The notes under the pieces are model-generated. The model was not told the DNA's origin and did no database searches. It was given only the letters and a program-made list of their open reading frames with translations. From a virus: a stretch of DNA of 64,000 nucleotides. This document shows positions 1 through 8,751 of the stretch, in pieces (the stretch's first letter is position 1; each line of letters opens with the position of its first letter). A program made the translations under genes and the position numbers. The stretch lies in UHGV virus genome UHGV-0201879; one strand, 5' to 3'.

Positions 1-435
1 ATGAAACGAATGTATGTTCACCCAACCATCCTGAAGCTCTTAGAAGTTTTGAAGGAGGTTGAGTGTTTGGAGATATCCAGCAAGAAGGACTATGCAAGGC
101 ATCACAGGCGCTTGGTTGATGTTCAGCATGAGATTGAACTTTCTGATGACTATGACGAAGAACTCAAATGTCACGTCTTTGACCACTTGAAAGATATCTC
201 AGCAGAGAGACGACAAGCCAAAGACACAATGTTTTTGCTAGATTGTTTAAAAAGAAGGTTGCAATCCGGTACAGATTTAGATAGTCTTTCTAAGCTGATT
301 TCAGAGGTTGAGCAGGAATGGGTAAGAAATTACTTCCCAAGGAGTGAGAAATCACTTGACTTCTCTTCAACATCCACTCTGAAGGATTCACGAGTTAAAC
401 TTCTAACCAGAGAGAATACAAATGAAAACGAGTAA
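1..435 (+). CDS. hypothetical protein
   Basis: 144 aa ORF overlapping the start of the next gene; coiled-coil-like. Confidence 0.7.
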   Translation: MKRMYVHPTILKLLEVLKEVECLEISSKKDYARHHRRLVDVQHEIELSDDYDEELKCHVFDHLKDISAERRQAKDTMFLLDCLKRRLQSGTDLDSLSKLISEVEQEWVRNYFPRSEKSLDFSSTSTLKDSRVKLLTRENTNENE

Positions 436-1228
436 AGAATTGCTGCAAGAAAAAGGCGTTAACGAGGTCTACTCTATCTGTTCTATTGAGACACTTGCTC
501 TGCTTATGCGCAGCAACTCAACAGTTTCAAAAATCTACCCAGCAGAGTACAAAGTACCTACCTTAATCAGTGAAGACCCTGAAGAGTCTGAAAAGACCTT
601 CTCTCAAGAGGCTAATCTGATGCTGGAAGACCGTCGTATGGCAATGGCAAGTATTGCTGTTGGTATCGACTACTTTGCAAGCGTATTCTTTGAGAATCTT
701 CATAAGAACGGTATGCCAACTCTTAGTGAAGAAGAACGTAAGCAACTGCTGGAGCAAGATGAAGATTACTTGATGGGTTCCATCCTGTCTTCTGTGACCA
801 TCGTAATGGCTGCTTTAGAGCGTCGTGTAAAAGACGGTAGCCCACTGCTTAAGAAGCTGAACTGGTCTTACAAGAGCGTTATGTCACGTGCTAACGAGAT
901 TGCAACTCTTTGTAACGATGACTTTGAGAAGCTCGTTAAAGAGTCACCAGATTATGACCCAATGCAGATTCGTATGACTGCTCTGGTAGAGAGCATCTCT
1001 CAGATTCTGTGTATTGTAAGCGTCTTCGAAGTCGCTAAGACTCTGGATACCACACCAGAACTTGTCTACGAAGTCGGATACAAAGAAAGTGCTGGTTCAC
1101 TTCTTGAGATTATGATGACGATTGGCGTACAGTTTCTTAAAGAGAAAATTATCCATGACTTTGGAGAAGACTTCTACAACAGTGTAGATGCACTCTCGAA
1201 AGAAGAAGCAGAAGCAGCATCTAAGTAA
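422..1228 (+). CDS. hypothetical acidic helical protein
   Basis: 268 aa ORF, GAGAG RBS, followed by terminator. Confidence 0.8.
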   Translation: MKTSKELLQEKGVNEVYSICSIETLALLMRSNSTVSKIYPAEYKVPTLISEDPEESEKTFSQEANLMLEDRRMAMASIAVGIDYFASVFFENLHKNGMPTLSEEERKQLLEQDEDYLMGSILSSVTIVMAALERRVKDGSPLLKKLNWSYKSVMSRANEIATLCNDDFEKLVKESPDYDPMQIRMTALVESISQILCIVSVFEVAKTLDTTPELVYEVGYKESAGSLLEIMMTIGVQFLKEKIIHDFGEDFYNSVDALSKEEAEAASK

Positions 1229-1233
1229 TCCCT

Positions 1234-1256
1234 AGCCTCCTTTAAGGGGGCTTTTT
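1234..1256 (+). terminator. intrinsic terminator
   Basis: AGCCTCC..GGGGGCT hairpin + T run. Confidence 0.7.
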
Positions 1257-1274
1257 AGTTTATAGGAGAGAGAA

Positions 1275-2018
1275 ATGAAGTCGATTATTGCATTAACGGG
1301 TAAAGCACGTTCAGGTAAAGACACAGCTTGTCAAATCCTGCGTTCATATCTTACAGGGCTTGGCTACAACGTTGCTGTAATGGCCTTTGCAGATAACTTA
1401 AAAGCATCTGCTGCAACCATCTTTGATTTGACTGTAGAAGACCTCTACGGCTCTACCAAAGAGACTCCACAGACGTTTAACCTTTCATACGTCACAATGT
1501 ATGAGCGTGTTGAACAGGCTATGTACAAGCACTTCAGAGACGTATTTGACCCATACAGTGACCGTGTTTTACTGGTCCAGTTGACAGATGTTCTTGTCCA
1601 GAAGTTAAAAGAAGTTGGTAAGCCAACTCTGATGACGCGATTAGGTTTTGCTAACAATTACAAAGTGTCATCCAGACAAATCCAACAAATCTGGGGGACA
1701 GAGGTAGTTCGCTCAATTTTAGGGGATAACTTCTGGGTTAAAGACCTTGAAAGACGTATGCACAGCTTCTGCAATACTGCTATGCAAAACATGACTACAC
1801 CAATCGTGTTGATTTCAGACATGCGTTTTGACACTGAAGCCGATATGGTACGAACCTATGATTCACAGATTATTGAGATTACGAGAGCGAATGCTGCTAA
1901 AGTAGTCAATCACATCTCTGAGAAGGGTTTGTCTCCAGCAATTCCTCGTGACTTTATCACTAACAATGGTACACTTGACGAACTTCGTTATAAACTGATT
2001 GCAATTGTTGGAGAGTAA
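1275..2018 (+). CDS. deoxynucleoside monophosphate kinase
   Basis: N-terminal P-loop GKARSGKDT; R..QQ.WGTEVVR, SDMRF and HISE motifs of T4 gp1/T5 dnk-type kinases. Confidence 0.9.
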   Translation: MKSIIALTGKARSGKDTACQILRSYLTGLGYNVAVMAFADNLKASAATIFDLTVEDLYGSTKETPQTFNLSYVTMYERVEQAMYKHFRDVFDPYSDRVLLVQLTDVLVQKLKEVGKPTLMTRLGFANNYKVSSRQIQQIWGTEVVRSILGDNFWVKDLERRMHSFCNTAMQNMTTPIVLISDMRFDTEADMVRTYDSQIIEITRANAAKVVNHISEKGLSPAIPRDFITNNGTLDELRYKLIAIVGE

Positions 2019-2198
2019 ATGACTAGCTACAAGATTGTTGACCATCGTATTGTTGAGTTACAAACCTTGTCTAGTGAAGTTATCATGGAGAGACTCGAAA
2101 GAGTCTCTTCCAGACGTAAAGAGATAACTGAAGAGATTAAAGAGTTGGATAAGATTCAGCAAGGATTAGAAAAAGAACTTTCTCGCAGGGGACGATAA
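2019..2198 (+). CDS. small coiled-coil hypothetical protein (59 aa)
   Basis: ATG 2019 to TAA 2198 fills the gap; TAATG coupling to primase; below ORF-track cutoff. Confidence 0.7.
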   Translation: MTSYKIVDHRIVELQTLSSEVIMERLERVSSRRKEITEEIKELDKIQQGLEKELSRRGR

Positions 2199-4162
2199 TG
2201 GCAAAAGGTTACAAGTTGAAGGATGCAGGTCAGTACATTGGTCATTGTGCTTGTCCTAAGTGTGGGTCATCTGATGCAGGTTCCATCTATCATCATGACG
2301 ACGACTCTTATTCAATGACCTGCTTTAGTTGTGGTAAAGGTTTTCCGAATTGGGATTTTGATAAAGGACAGATTGTGAGCACTTCTTCATACAGTACAGA
2401 TAACAAAGACCGTAAGTTCCGTGATATGGATTTGGAAGACGTTAAGACAAACCTTGATGCAATGGACCTTAAAGACCGTAAAGTCCCTGCAAAGGTTCTT
2501 GAACGTTTAGGTATTAAGGTAGATATCGACGATGAAGGTCGTATCGACGCACACTTCTACCCAACATACAAAAAAGATGAAGACGGTAAACTTCAGCATG
2601 TCGGTTATCGTGTACGTCACCGCTACCCAGAAGACCATCCAAAAGAGTCTTTACGAGGCAAACTCAAAGACTTCTCCGGTGGTGTAGGAGACATTAAAGG
2701 TGAACTGGCAATGTTTGGTTCATGGATTGCTCCTGAAGGTGGCAACCGTCTGTTTATCTGGGAAGGTGAGATAGACTGTGCAACAGCTATTTACATGACC
2801 TCTTTAGCTATCAAAGATAAGTCACGTAGAAAGAACTATTGCCACGTTTCTGTTCCTTCTGGTGCAAACATTAAGTCTATCAAAGAGAACTATCAGTACA
2901 TCACATCGTTTGATGAGATTTACCTGTGCTTTGATAATGACGAAGCAGGTGCTAAAGTCACTAAAGAGGCTGCTGGTATCTTACCTATTGAGAAGGTTAG
3001 ACTGTTCCAGTATCCAGAAGGTGTAAAAGACCTTAACCAGTGGTGGGTTAAGTTCTACAAAGAGCGTGAGACTGTTTTAGAGGGCTTTAAGCAGCGTATC
3101 TACAATGCACCTCGTTACTGTCCAGCAGGTATCAAGAACTTTGCAGATGGCTTTGAGGCTATGAAGAATCGTGGTCAGATTCCACTGATTCCTTTCCCAG
3201 AGTCCTTCGGTGATTTGAACCGTCTGACTTATGGTGGTTATGGTTTAGGTGAGATTACGACTATTGCAGCACCATCCTCTGTAGGTAAGTCTGCATACAC
3301 TCGTGAGATGATTTATTCAGCTTGGAAAGAGACTGAATACAATATCGGTGTAATTCCGGTAGAGGATACTTACGAAGAGTTGATGGAGATGCTCTGTGCA
3401 ATCCACCTTAGTAAGCAGATTTCAGAGATTCCTTACGATGAACGTAACTGGGATGAATTGAAGGTAGCACACGCAGAACTATCTAAAGGTCGTCGTATTC
3501 ACATCGTAGACCACCAAGGGGCAATTGACCAAGATAACCTGCTTGAGTTCGTTGACTACCTTGTTAACAGTTTAGACTGTAAGATTATCATTCTGGACCC
3601 TATCACGTTGGCTCTGTCACGTTCTGATACGGATGAAGAGGAAGTGTTATCTGAACTGTTGCGTCGTTGCAAACGCTACCAGTATGCACAGGTAAACGTC
3701 TGTCACGTTCGTAAAAGTGCAGGTGGTCAGAAGGCTAACTCTGAAGGTGGTGATATCTCCGAAGAGGATATCAAGGGTTCTGGCGCATACTTCCAGATTT
3801 CCATGAACAACATTCTTCTGATGCGTAACAAGGTTGACCCAGACCCTGTTAAGAAGAACATCACGAAGATTAAACTAACTAAGTGTCGTCGTCATGGTAA
3901 GTCAACTGGTATTGCTGGTCACACTTGGTATAATCCTGAGACAGGTCGCCTTGTTAAGGCTTCTGGTGCAGGTGCAGACCTTGATGGAGCAGCAGAGAAC
4001 ATTCGCCAGCAGTATGCTATCGGTGCTGAAGAAGAGCACTACGATGATTCAATGCCCTGCTACGACTACGAAGTTGTAGACGAAGAAACGGGTGAAGTAG
4101 TAAACTCACCGTCAGCTATTCCACAAGTAAGTGAGGAAGATGATGGCTTTGAAACTGAATGA
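2198..4162 (+). CDS. DNA primase/helicase (T7 gp4-like)
   Basis: Zn ribbon CPKC..CFSC, TOPRIM (EGEID, FDND), DnaB-type Walker A APSSVGKS, IKGSG motif, acidic tail. Confidence 0.95.
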   Translation: MAKGYKLKDAGQYIGHCACPKCGSSDAGSIYHHDDDSYSMTCFSCGKGFPNWDFDKGQIVSTSSYSTDNKDRKFRDMDLEDVKTNLDAMDLKDRKVPAKVLERLGIKVDIDDEGRIDAHFYPTYKKDEDGKLQHVGYRVRHRYPEDHPKESLRGKLKDFSGGVGDIKGELAMFGSWIAPEGGNRLFIWEGEIDCATAIYMTSLAIKDKSRRKNYCHVSVPSGANIKSIKENYQYITSFDEIYLCFDNDEAGAKVTKEAAGILPIEKVRLFQYPEGVKDLNQWWVKFYKERETVLEGFKQRIYNAPRYCPAGIKNFADGFEAMKNRGQIPLIPFPESFGDLNRLTYGGYGLGEITTIAAPSSVGKSAYTREMIYSAWKETEYNIGVIPVEDTYEELMEMLCAIHLSKQISEIPYDERNWDELKVAHAELSKGRRIHIVDHQGAIDQDNLLEFVDYLVNSLDCKIIILDPITLALSRSDTDEEEVLSELLRRCKRYQYAQVNVCHVRKSAGGQKANSEGGDISEEDIKGSGAYFQISMNNILLMRNKVDPDPVKKNITKIKLTKCRRHGKSTGIAGHTWYNPETGRLVKASGAGADLDGAAENIRQQYAIGAEEEHYDDSMPCYDYEVVDEETGEVVNSPSAIPQVSEEDDGFETE

Positions 4163-4412
4163 GAGCTATGAAAAGTACAAACTGACGCCTATAGTGACAA
4201 AAAGAGGTCGTCAAGAATTTGAAAGATTGTGCTTGACTAAGGTCTACGAGTTCCGTAGACTTCTCTTATCCAAGGGGCACTTGGTCCAGTGTGATGACCA
4301 GACCAATGGAACCGTAAGGACAATAACGTTAAGCATTGATAACCTGACTGGTTACTTGTTTACGATTGATAAATACGTTTTTGAATACAAAATTTTTCGG
4401 AGATTAAGATGA
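4143..4412 (+). CDS. hypothetical protein
   Basis: ORF after GAGGA RBS; start moved from the GTG at 4131. Confidence 0.65.
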   Translation: MALKLNESYEKYKLTPIVTKRGRQEFERLCLTKVYEFRRLLLSKGHLVQCDDQTNGTVRTITLSIDNLTGYLFTIDKYVFEYKIFRRLR

Positions 4413-4546
4413 AATACTCAAAAGACTTTATGAAGGTTTTCGGCGATTCCCTGAATGCAACTGCTGGTAAAACCGCAGAGTCCTTTGCAGCAAAGCGTGT
4501 ACGCACTGGTAAGACTGCAAAGAAGCACAAAAAGTCTGAAAAGTAA
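4409..4546 (+). CDS. small basic hypothetical protein (45 aa)
   Basis: ATGA overlap with upstream stop; MKYSKDFMKVFGDS...KKHKKSEK. Confidence 0.65.
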   Translation: MKYSKDFMKVFGDSLNATAGKTAESFAAKRVRTGKTAKKHKKSEK

Positions 4547-4610
4547 TTGTTGCAGTGTTTGAAGATTTAGTTTAGATTACCCAAGTAAATTTTTTAGAGA
4601 AGAGGTCAGA

Positions 4611-5483
4611 ATGTCCCAAGTTATTAAAATGAAATCTCCGGTTGAGAAATACAACAAAGTTGAGCGTCCAACTTTCCGATTCCTTCTGAAGGATGTTTGG
4701 TTCTACTACCTGCAAACTCGTCCTTTTCCGGGACAAGGTAAGTCTGTAGATGCAACGATGCCTGGCAAAGATTGCTCTTACAGCGTTTCAATCCTTGTTA
4801 AGGATGGTGGCAAACTTCTGAAGCAGATTACGAAGTCTAAGAAGAACGCTGAAGGTTTTGACAAGGTTACTACAGAAGTTGTTGATGCAGATGACTTCGA
4901 AGAGAAGTTTGGTTGTGAGCCACCTTTTGAGGCTGAATCTTACCACTTCCTGAAAGTTAACCGTAGTGCAGCATACAAAGACGGTGGAGTATGGAATGCT
5001 AAACATTCATTCCCTGTCCTGCTGATTGAGAACATCGGTGGTAAACGTGTTGCTGTTAAGCAGCCAATGAAGAAGATTAAGGCGAAGAAGTCTCCGAAGC
5101 ATGAAGAGGACCGCACTTATGATGTTGTCCATCCAGACATTGCAGTTGGTAACGGTTCTTTCGGTAGTGTGATTCTGGCAACTCACTTCTACACCTTTGA
5201 GAACAACGTACTTACTAAGCCGATTCAAGAGCAATTCATCATTGAGACTCTTGTTCCTTATGTAGGTGGTGGCAACGGTGAGGCTAACACTGAACTGGAT
5301 GAAGACGAACTGGCTATGCTTGGTATCTCCGGTGTTGAGGACAACGGAACCGTCACAGAGGATGATTCTGATGAAGATGAAGATGAAGCCGATGACGAGG
5401 GTACTGACGATGAAGACATGGAAGACCCTGACGAAGATGAAGATGAAGACGAAGATTTTGACACTGAAGATGACGAAGAATAA
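4611..5483 (+). CDS. putative single-stranded DNA-binding protein
   Basis: lies between helicase and exonuclease; VGNGS.G motif; very long Asp/Glu C-terminal tail. Confidence 0.7.
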   Translation: MSQVIKMKSPVEKYNKVERPTFRFLLKDVWFYYLQTRPFPGQGKSVDATMPGKDCSYSVSILVKDGGKLLKQITKSKKNAEGFDKVTTEVVDADDFEEKFGCEPPFEAESYHFLKVNRSAAYKDGGVWNAKHSFPVLLIENIGGKRVAVKQPMKKIKAKKSPKHEEDRTYDVVHPDIAVGNGSFGSVILATHFYTFENNVLTKPIQEQFIIETLVPYVGGGNGEANTELDEDELAMLGISGVEDNGTVTEDDSDEDEDEADDEGTDDEDMEDPDEDEDEDEDFDTEDDEE

Positions 5484-5501
5484 TCTTAAGTGATACTCAA
5501 C

Positions 5502-5530
5502 AGCCCTGTACTTATGTATGGGGCTTTTTT
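5502..5530 (+). terminator. intrinsic terminator
   Basis: AGCCCTGTAC/GTATGGGGCT stem + T run. Confidence 0.75.
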
Positions 5531-5544
5531 GTTGGAGAAACAGT

Positions 5545-6585
5545 ATGAGTAAATTTATTGTAGTCAAACTACCAAAGAGCGTTAAGAAGGTATTCATTGA
5601 TGCCGATAGTATCGCTTACATGGGTGCTTTCGTTGTCGAGAAGACGCAGTACAAGTTCCTGAATATCAACTCTGGGGAAGAGTCACCAAACTTTGACAGT
5701 GCTAAAGAGGCCGCTACTTGGCTTGCAAACCAGAGAGAGATTGAAGAGATACTTGGCCTCGAATTTGATGATAGTGAGTGGCAAAGATTAAGCTGGAAAG
5801 AACCTAAAAGTGTCGGTGCAGCTATCCAAGCAACTAAGCAAGTGCTTAAGCAGTGGCTTTCTAACATTGGTGACAGAGAATACCAAGGCTTCCTGACAGA
5901 ACGTGGAACAAAGAAACACAAAGATATCAAAGGTCTTGAGCACAGATACCAAGGGAATCGCGGAGATGTTTTACCACCAACGCATCTTGATGCCTGTAGA
6001 GAGTATCTCCTTAACCTGCCTGAGTTTAGTCTTTTACGTGGAGGCTTTGAAGCCGACTCCATCGTAATTGCTAAAGCTGAGAAGTTAGGTGAAAAAGCTG
6101 CACTGATGAGTATTGATAAAGACCTTCGTCAGGCTGAAGGGACTTACTGCATAGACATGACCTATGGAGACAAACCACTTATCTTCTTCACACCTAAAGG
6201 TAATGTTGGCGATATCTGGTACTGCCCTATCAAGTCTAATGCAAAGACTAAGAAGACTGTTGGTGTAGGGTTTAAGTTCCTCTGCTATCAGGCTGTGGCA
6301 GGTGATGTTGCAGATAATTACTTCGGCCTCAAAGGTGCTGGTCCAGCAGCAGTCCTAAAAGCTCTGGAAGGTAAAACCACCTACAAAGAATGCCTTGATG
6401 CAATCTACGAAATGTACGAGAAGAAAGGTGATACCGAGTATGTTGCATGGGACGGTTCTACCCAACGAAGAACACCGCTGGAACTGATGGAGCAGCATTT
6501 TTGGTTAGCCTATCAGGAACGTAATAAGAAAGATGATTTCACATTTAAGAAATACAACTGGGAGCCACATATGAATGAAGATTAA
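5545..6585 (+). CDS. 5'-3' exonuclease (T7 gp6/flap nuclease-like)
   Basis: IDADS, YQGNR, FEAD, SIDKD, GD.ADNY.GL.GAG motifs. Confidence 0.9.
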   Translation: MSKFIVVKLPKSVKKVFIDADSIAYMGAFVVEKTQYKFLNINSGEESPNFDSAKEAATWLANQREIEEILGLEFDDSEWQRLSWKEPKSVGAAIQATKQVLKQWLSNIGDREYQGFLTERGTKKHKDIKGLEHRYQGNRGDVLPPTHLDACREYLLNLPEFSLLRGGFEADSIVIAKAEKLGEKAALMSIDKDLRQAEGTYCIDMTYGDKPLIFFTPKGNVGDIWYCPIKSNAKTKKTVGVGFKFLCYQAVAGDVADNYFGLKGAGPAAVLKALEGKTTYKECLDAIYEMYEKKGDTEYVAWDGSTQRRTPLELMEQHFWLAYQERNKKDDFTFKKYNWEPHMNED

Positions 6586-7072
6586 AGGTTTTGGTAACTG
6601 TCCTGAATACGGACACTGGATTTCACTGTGTGGGGCACTTGACCCCACTAAACACTTTGGGTTCATCTACCTAGTGTACTGTAAAGAGACTGGTCAGTAT
6701 TACATAGGAAAAAAGCAGTTTAACAGTGTAACTAAGAAGAAGGTTGCTGGTAAAACCAGACGTAAAGTAGTGACCAAAGAAAGTGACTGGCAGAAATATA
6801 AGTCTTCCTCTGAGTACCTTAAGAAGGACATTGAGACTTTTGGTATGGATGCCTTTGACTTTTACATTGTACAAACCTACAATACGAAAGGTGGCCTAGT
6901 TTATGCGGAAGCCAACCTACAACATAAATTCGATGTTATGACTAAAAGGATTGACTCGAAGTTGAGACTCTTCTACAATGCAAACATTGCAGCGATTAAG
7001 TTCATTACCAAAGAAACTTATGTAGACGCTGAGAAGAGTATTCTGAAGATTATGAAGTTAAACAGCAAATAG
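6575..7072 (+). CDS. GIY-YIG family endonuclease
   Basis: GFIY...YYIGKK, Y.SSS, E and YN.NI motifs. Confidence 0.8.
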   Translation: MKIKGFGNCPEYGHWISLCGALDPTKHFGFIYLVYCKETGQYYIGKKQFNSVTKKKVAGKTRRKVVTKESDWQKYKSSSEYLKKDIETFGMDAFDFYIVQTYNTKGGLVYAEANLQHKFDVMTKRIDSKLRLFYNANIAAIKFITKETYVDAEKSILKIMKLNSK

Positions 7073-7085
7073 AGAGAGATGAATT

Positions 7086-7319
7086 ATGTTCGCTAAGAAT
7101 GCCGTCAAACGTGTAAGTAAAATCAGCAACCATTGCGAAGAGCTACACAAACTGGTTGAGAAAGCCAAAGAAGAAACCATCACAGAGATGGATTCACTTG
7201 AGGTTGAAATCAACTACTTAGTCACGAAGCGTCAAAAACTGAATGACACTTTGGAACACATCAAGGCTTACGAAAAAGAATTGGAAGGTATTAAATGTTT
7301 GATGCAAGAAAATCAGTAA
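7086..7319 (+). CDS. coiled-coil hypothetical protein
   Basis: 77 aa ORF with RBS. Confidence 0.7.
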   Translation: MFAKNAVKRVSKISNHCEELHKLVEKAKEETITEMDSLEVEINYLVTKRQKLNDTLEHIKAYEKELEGIKCLMQENQ

Positions 7320-8050
7320 CTGACTGGAATCTGAAATGTGGGAATACTCCCGCAAAACCTTACTCAAAAGAATACTGGGACCGACTTAAGTGTCAGGCCA
7401 AATGTCTGGTAGAAGAGGTTAACGAGTTGGTTGCAGCAATTGATGCTGAAGATGCTGTCGAAACTCTTGATGCTCAATGTGATATTGACTATGTTCTGGG
7501 TGGACTAATCTTCATGTCTCAACATGACCACGAAGAGGCTTTGAAACTGGTCTGCGAAAACAATGACCACAAGTTCACAGATGGCTACACAGAAGCTCTG
7601 AAGCGTCTGGCAGACATTGAAAAACGTACTGGAGAGTATTGTAAAGTGGTTGGTAGCATGGTTGATGGTAAAGAGTATTACTGTGTGAAGCGTGTGTCTG
7701 ACGGTAAAGTTATGAAGCAGAGTAACTTACCACCACTGAACATTAGTGAGCAGATTGTGCAGAATCCCTCTAAAGAACTCTATGTAGTTACTTCTGAGAC
7801 TTGCATCATCTGTAAGAACCTCATTAATGAGATGGCATTCCTTGGTGTCAAGGAACTGACAGAGTTAAAACCAGTCCTGTCTCGTGCTGACAGAGATTTC
7901 TGTAAAGAGAACGACTTGTGGCTTGCAGACATTGCCTACTTCGATGGGGAACAATTGCACGTGACTTCTTACCCTGCTTTGGGCTATGATGCACTGAATT
8001 TGAAATTATGGCTGAAAGGAGTTGGGTACAATGGATTCACAGAACACTAA
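7295..8050 (+). CDS. MazG-like NTP pyrophosphohydrolase with C-terminal CxxC thioredoxin-like domain
   Basis: EE.NEL...E.LDA.CD..YV, N..KF, R.SDGK.MK; C-terminal TCIIC. Confidence 0.8.
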   Translation: MFDARKSVTDWNLKCGNTPAKPYSKEYWDRLKCQAKCLVEEVNELVAAIDAEDAVETLDAQCDIDYVLGGLIFMSQHDHEEALKLVCENNDHKFTDGYTEALKRLADIEKRTGEYCKVVGSMVDGKEYYCVKRVSDGKVMKQSNLPPLNISEQIVQNPSKELYVVTSETCIICKNLINEMAFLGVKELTELKPVLSRADRDFCKENDLWLADIAYFDGEQLHVTSYPALGYDALNLKLWLKGVGYNGFTEH

Positions 8051-8390
8051 GAAGAAAGCACCAAGGATTATTCAGGATTACAGCCTGTCTATGACTGTCT
8101 TTACAAAAGACCCGCTTCTGAATCAGTATGGTGTCACACCTGACAAGCTCTTAGAGAACGATAACGTCCTAAAAGCTGTCCTGTATAAGTACGGGCTTGA
8201 TGTGGATAAACCCTTTACATACACGGTTTGTCAACATCGTAATACGTTTGGTAAAGTTGTGACAGCACCGCTTTTTGCAGGTGTTGAGCGTAGAGACTAC
8301 GGATGGCTTTACATCAAACGTAACATTAACAAACTTTACGAGAGCTACAAAGGTGGAGTTCAAATTGAAACCTACAACAGCGCAGCTTAA
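8031..8390 (+). CDS. hypothetical protein
   Basis: ORF with AGGAG RBS; start moved to ATG 8031. Confidence 0.7.
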   Translation: MDSQNTKKKAPRIIQDYSLSMTVFTKDPLLNQYGVTPDKLLENDNVLKAVLYKYGLDVDKPFTYTVCQHRNTFGKVVTAPLFAGVERRDYGWLYIKRNINKLYESYKGGVQIETYNSAA

Positions 8391-8706
8391 GGCATACAAT
8401 ACAGCCTTACAAGGTGAAGCTCTAGCAGAAGATGCCAGAGGGAAACCCATTTATAGCCGAAGCCTTGTCATGTTTACAACTGACTGTAAAGGTCGAAGTG
8501 ATATCGTATTTGGGCGTGTCGTTTCCAAGTCCCGTGGAAACATCATGGTAGCGGGGGTTGACGCAAATGTTCACGACTGCCTGAATAAGCTAATTAACGG
8601 TGAGATTTCTGAGTACAGCTTCAGAACACTTAACCGACTCTCTTTGACTGTAGTGAGTCACAACTTCTTTGTTGGCTTCATTGAAGGTCACATCTTTGAA
8701 ATTTAA
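8365..8706 (+). CDS. hypothetical protein
   Basis: TTG start after GGAG; ends before terminator. Confidence 0.65.
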   Translation: MKPTTAQLKAYNTALQGEALAEDARGKPIYSRSLVMFTTDCKGRSDIVFGRVVSKSRGNIMVAGVDANVHDCLNKLINGEISEYSFRTLNRLSLTVVSHNFFVGFIEGHIFEI

Positions 8707-8709
8707 CGT

Positions 8710-8732
8710 AAGGGCATCTTCGGATGCCTTTT
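8710..8732 (+). terminator. intrinsic terminator
   Basis: AAGGGCATC-TTCG-GATGCCTTTT. Confidence 0.8.
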
Positions 8733-8751
8733 CTCTTTAGGAATACGAACA

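Noticed and set aside
5007..5597. 196 aa hydrophobic and Ser-rich antisense ORFs
   Set aside because: Shadow of the GAT/GAA-rich acidic tail of the SSB-like gene
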